Part shown: piece by piece, positions 60,201 to 64,000 of the stretch
Position numbering within the stretch: the first letter of the stretch is position 1
Layout of the letters: each line of letters opens with the position of its first letter
Source: Hyphochytrium catenoides
Lineage: Eukaryota > Protista > Hyphochytriomycota
NCBI GenBank assembly: GCA_900088475.1
Contig: FLMG01002090.1
Coordinates: 3,427 to 67,426 of the forward strand
Direction: 5' to 3'
Length of the DNA: 64,000 nt
Program-made: the position numbers and the translations under genes
The notes under the pieces: generated by a model
The model's database searches: none
Seen by the model: the letters and a program-made list of their open reading frames with translations, nothing else
What the model was told of the DNA's origin: nothing

Positions 60201-62832
60201 GACGGCCCAGATCCATATCTATGTGCTTTTCTACCTTCTCTTCCTCCCCGCGTTCCGCATGGCCTCTCAGCTGTCAACCTGCATAAAGATAGGGAAAGAG
60301 AAGGTAGGGGCAAGTTCAATGTGTTCTGCGTGTCCATAATGATATCTGAGCTTAGTCTGCCGTTCGACGTTAGCATCTGGAGGTCTCTCTCGTTCTCTCG
60401 TTCTCCTCTCTCTTCCCTTTCTCTTAACATTTCTTAGCGTCTCCTCTCCTTCTTCCCATCTCTCCTTCCATCACTCCTTCCATCAATCATCGCCGTTCAA
60501 TGTTGGCATGTCTCAAGGGATCTAGTCATTGTGTGATCCTCTCCTTTAACTGAACTCTGGCAAACCCTCACTTTCTGTTTTGTCACAAGTCTCTTCAAAA
60601 GTTTCGTCTTTCTATCTCTCCCTCTCACTCTTTTCTCTCTCTCGTTCTCTTTCTCTGTCTTCCTCATCACTGACAGATTAACAAACGACTGCTGTCTCTT
60701 GTTCTCATATCTGTCTCCCACGTCTTTACTGCTCTCTCCTGAAGGTTCTCTTGGCAGATGCAAGTCTGGACTGCAGCGACTATCCTCTCGCGTTAGGCTT
60801 AGGCTACACGGTCTGGGTCCTTCTGTGCTTCTTTCTTCTTCTCCTGTCGCTTGCGCTTTATGCAATTAGAACGCTCTCTGAAAAGGAGGAGAAAAAAAGA
60901 ACGAAGCAAAGAGAGAAAGAAGCCACCAGAACCGGGAAAGAGAAGATCCAGAAAGAGATGAGCGAGTTCCCAGGTTCAGACCCTTGGACGAGGAGGCGGA
61001 AGGGTAGGAAGTCAGGGTCTTGTTTCCCCTTTTCCAACTCCTGCCTTCTTTGGACTTCCGGCGACGGATAGGGTCCTCTCCGTGTCCCTCTCTTCCTTCT
61101 GGCTGTTCTCCCTTTCTCTCTCTCTCTTTCTCTTCCCTGTTCCCTTTTGTAAGCCATACTATGACTCGACGTTTTTCTTGCGCTTGTTTGACTTTCTCTT
61201 TTTAGTCTGAAAGTCTCTCAAGGCCCCACACCCCTTCCCCTCTCTCTCTCTACGTTAATCTCCTCTCTTTCTCAGAATTTACTTTCTCTCCTCTCGCTTA
61301 GTTTGGCGAGCTCTCCTGGCGCCTCTGACGCACGACTACCGCCCCGGCATGGAAGGGTGGGTTGGATGGAAGGTGGGCCAACAGGCAATCATGGGCTACG
61401 CTCTCGACTGTCTCTGGCAGGTGGAGCGGAAGATACTGGTTCTTTGGGGACTGTGGCTCTTCTCCGTTTTCCTCCAGATAGCAGCACAGCCGTACAAGGG
61501 TGAGTAAACGGAGAGAAACTAGAAAGAGAGAAAGAGAGGGAGAAGAGAGAGAAGAGAGAGAGAGCATTGTCTACTTAGAGATACTAGAGTGGCCTTGTGA
61601 TATTTTATACGGTAGCAATGGCCATCGAGTGAAAGATAGAAAAGAGACAGAACGGAGACAGGAGAGATTGAGGAGAGGAAAGAGGATAAAAGATAGAGAG
61701 AAAAAGAGAAACATGCACAAAGGCCAAAAACATCGTCTAATGCGTTATCCTGTCCGCGTCCATTGTACGGTGCTCCCTCTGTCCTTCATCCGTCCTTCAT
61801 CCGCCGTGATCGTGTCTATTGGTCCTCATACGGCGCTCAGAACGGATGCATAATCTTCTTGAGACTCTCTCCTGCTTTCTCTGCTTCCTCTCTGTCAACC
61901 ACTTCCTCTTCTTCAAGACCGGCGTCTCGTCCCTTTCCTGGATTTCGATCGTGATGTCAACCTCCCTAATCTTTCTTATTGTTATCCTGCTCGCGGCGGT
62001 AAGTCAACAGTCAAGGTCTCCTTCTTCGTCTTTGCCATTTCCTCCTTTTGTCACCTCATTTGTCTCTCCTCTAAGTGTGCACAACCTTGTCCGTAGCCCT
62101 GCCCTCTCTGTCTCGTCTTTCTGTTGTGCACTCTCTCATGCTCTCATCCTTTCAGGGTCAGGAAGATGTCCCTTTGTTCCTCACTAGGACGCGCTCTTCT
62201 CCTCCTTCTTCTCCCTATTTTTTGTCGCTTTTCTTCATCTCGTTCCATCTCTCTCTTCTCTACTTACGCTCTCTGCCTTGCAGATCTGGAGCTTTCTCTC
62301 TCTTTATGACCGGCCTCTCTCTCCGCGATCTGTCCACCCGGACGGTGGACAAAGCCAACAACAAGACACCGTTTATATCCCTGGCTCTCCCTGTTCCCAG
62401 CTCGATCAGCTGCAGCCTCCAACCACTTCTCTTCCTTCCTTTTCTCTACTTCGCCCTTCTGCGGCAACGGTAGACAGAGACGAAACGGACGACAGAGAAG
62501 GAAAAACCACGTCGGAGATAAGGAGAGAGAGAGATCTAGCGGAAGAAGTTCATGCTGCGCACTCACGGAGAGGCTCTGCGGAGCGCCTGAAGAGAGGAGA
62601 AGAAAGGGGAGAAGCACGAGAGATAGGGAACGACCAGAGACCTAGCAAGCTGGTGAAGAGAGAGGATCCTGGTCGCAGATCCTCTTCACAAGAAAGAGCA
62701 GGAGGGCCAGATGATCTCAAAAAGGCTCTTGCTCGAGTGATGAGAGAGGCATCAGGCAACGTAGGCGTTCAACCGCCTAATCCCTCTTCTAACGCGGAGA
62801 GACGTTCTTCTCCCCGAAGGCTGACTTCATAG
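54225..62832 (+). CDS. Multi-pass membrane protein (~1557 aa): signal peptide + 2 type-I periplasmic sugar-binding domains + LNR/Notch-like repeat + Cys-rich stalk + roughly 8-9 TM segments + cytosolic tail
   Basis: Hand-built 14-exon model whose phases all close: 54225-56597, 56710-56890, 56999-57165, 57460-57520, 57799-57945, 58256-58402, 58717-58823, 59364-59545, 59771-59822, 60438-60530, 60745-61003, 61302-61499, 61841-61998, 62284-62832. PBP motifs: HIGMDDYEAGRLLG, RCQGF, QPYLQG; THG..DSFW, IGQVETYAGLQAG, ERCDGF, GTFD, IDQQQGLQAY. LNR: CRKDWIGDGWCDEENNKKECQ|WDGGDCC. Middle TM exons are less certain. Confidence 0.82.
58860..59135. repeat. Intronic (CT)n-rich low-complexity tract
   Basis: About 275 bp of C/T sequence inside intron 7 of the membrane-protein gene. 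Confidence 0.9.
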
Positions 62833-63189
62833 AGGCCTCTCTCTCGCTCTCTCTCACATTCTCTCTCTCGCTCCCTCTCTATGGGGAAATCCTTAGCGAA
62901 GCTTACGAGCTCTATGGACGAGGCAGGAGAGAGAACTGTGAGTGGAAACATGTCTCTTCAACATTCATTGGTCTTTATAATAGTAGAAGGCTGCTTACGA
63001 GAGAGACAGATGCCATGAGGGATCGTGGCGCAAGAGAAGAGAGAGAGAGAGCGAGAGAGAGAGAGCGAGAGACAGAAGAGCAATGGACAGACCCAAGATT
63101 TAGCGGGAAGAGCGAGACCACGAGAAGAGAGTAATAAAGAAGGCTAGTGATAGATAGTAACAGTACTGCCAGGGGCGCATGACGCCGTC

Positions 63190-64000
63190 TCAATTAGCGA
63201 CAGGAGTGGTAGGCGCTGAAGGGAAAGGAGAGACAGTAGCCTCTCTTTTTCTCTTTCCAGAGAGAGAGGGCTCGAAAGAGAGCTTACTGGGCACTGCCAT
63301 GAAATATCTCTCCATGGCCTGTCTGAACCTATTGGAATAGAGATCTGGCTGGACAATCGTTGGCTCGGCTTGTCCTGCAATCATCCCAACGCTCTTTCCA
63401 AGGCTTTCCACTCTCTTTGACAGGTCATACTGTCTCATATAATCGATGATGCCCACGGCTAGGACTCTCTCTCTCTCATTTATTCCAAGGAGAATGGAAT
63501 AGTCAACAACGTTGATAATAGAGAGAAAGAGAGCGTCGTTCTCGATGGCAGCTTGGAAGAGAGTGCTTGGATACTCCTAGAATGATCAACGAGCGTCGTG
63601 GAGGCCAAGAGAGCATGAAGAGAGAAGGTGAGAGTGGATCTCATCGATAGAAGTGCGTGAACAGTGAGATCGATCGTGGAAAAAAGAGAAGTATGCGATA
63701 TGAGCTGCGAGCTGCAAAAAGCGGTCTTTTCAAGGAGGTGCGAGAAAGAGAGAGAAGAAAGAAAGGTCACTGAGAGAAGAAGGACGAAGAGAGCTGTGGC
63801 AAAACGCGATCTCTTTCTCTGTCTCTCTCCCTCTCTCTCTCTCTCACCTTGACTGGCAGGGGAGCTCCCTGAGTGAACTTTAGAAAGTTCACATCCAGCA
63901 AGCTCTGCAGCTTTTTTTTCCTTTTCTTCTCTCCAGCAGTTGGCCCATCCTCTGTGTCCTCCTCTTCTTCTCTCTCTTCGCAGAACCTATTCCTAACATT
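63190..64000 (-). CDS. PIKFYVE: 3' end of 1-phosphatidylinositol-3-phosphate 5-kinase (PIKfyve/Fab1); gene continues beyond the window
   Basis: Exons 64000-63848 and 63576-63190 encode LLDVNFL...AIENDALFLSIINVVDYSILLG...VGIIDYMRQYD..KRVES...EPTIVQPDLYSNRFRQAMERYFMAVP, the Fab1 PIP-kinase C-terminus. Confidence 0.93.

Noticed and set aside
1-64000. tRNA or rRNA genes
   Set aside because: Isolated GGTTCGA-like motifs (about 14345 and 52955, minus strand) lack cloverleaf context, and no rRNA-like sequence was seen.

Overview
Eukaryotic, probably protist, nuclear DNA with GT-AG introns, abundant (CT)n/(GA)n microsatellites, four N-gaps and a short internal (TTAGGG)n tract. Recognisable housekeeping genes are SNW1/SKIP, complex I subunit NDUFS8, a SNF1/MARK-like CAMK kinase with a KA1 domain, and the 3' end of PIKfyve/Fab1. 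The left third holds mostly intronless accessory genes: a two-repeat unknown protein, a MADF-like + ~19 LRR protein, a secreted putative enzyme with a Pro/Ser linker and two PAN/Apple domains, and a bacterial-type DUF6544 protein. An STPR-repeat protein follows SNW1. The two strongest leads are on the right. (1) A 14-exon, ~1557-aa membrane protein fuses two bacterial-type sugar-binding periplasmic-binding-protein domains to an LNR repeat, a Cys-rich stalk and a multi-pass TM region; it is a candidate novel sugar receptor. (2) A head-to-head pair of dual hybrid histidine kinases both carry the first phospho-acceptor His box on a frame-symmetric 33-nt micro-exon. All gene models were traced by hand; family assignments come from recalled motifs, not database searches.
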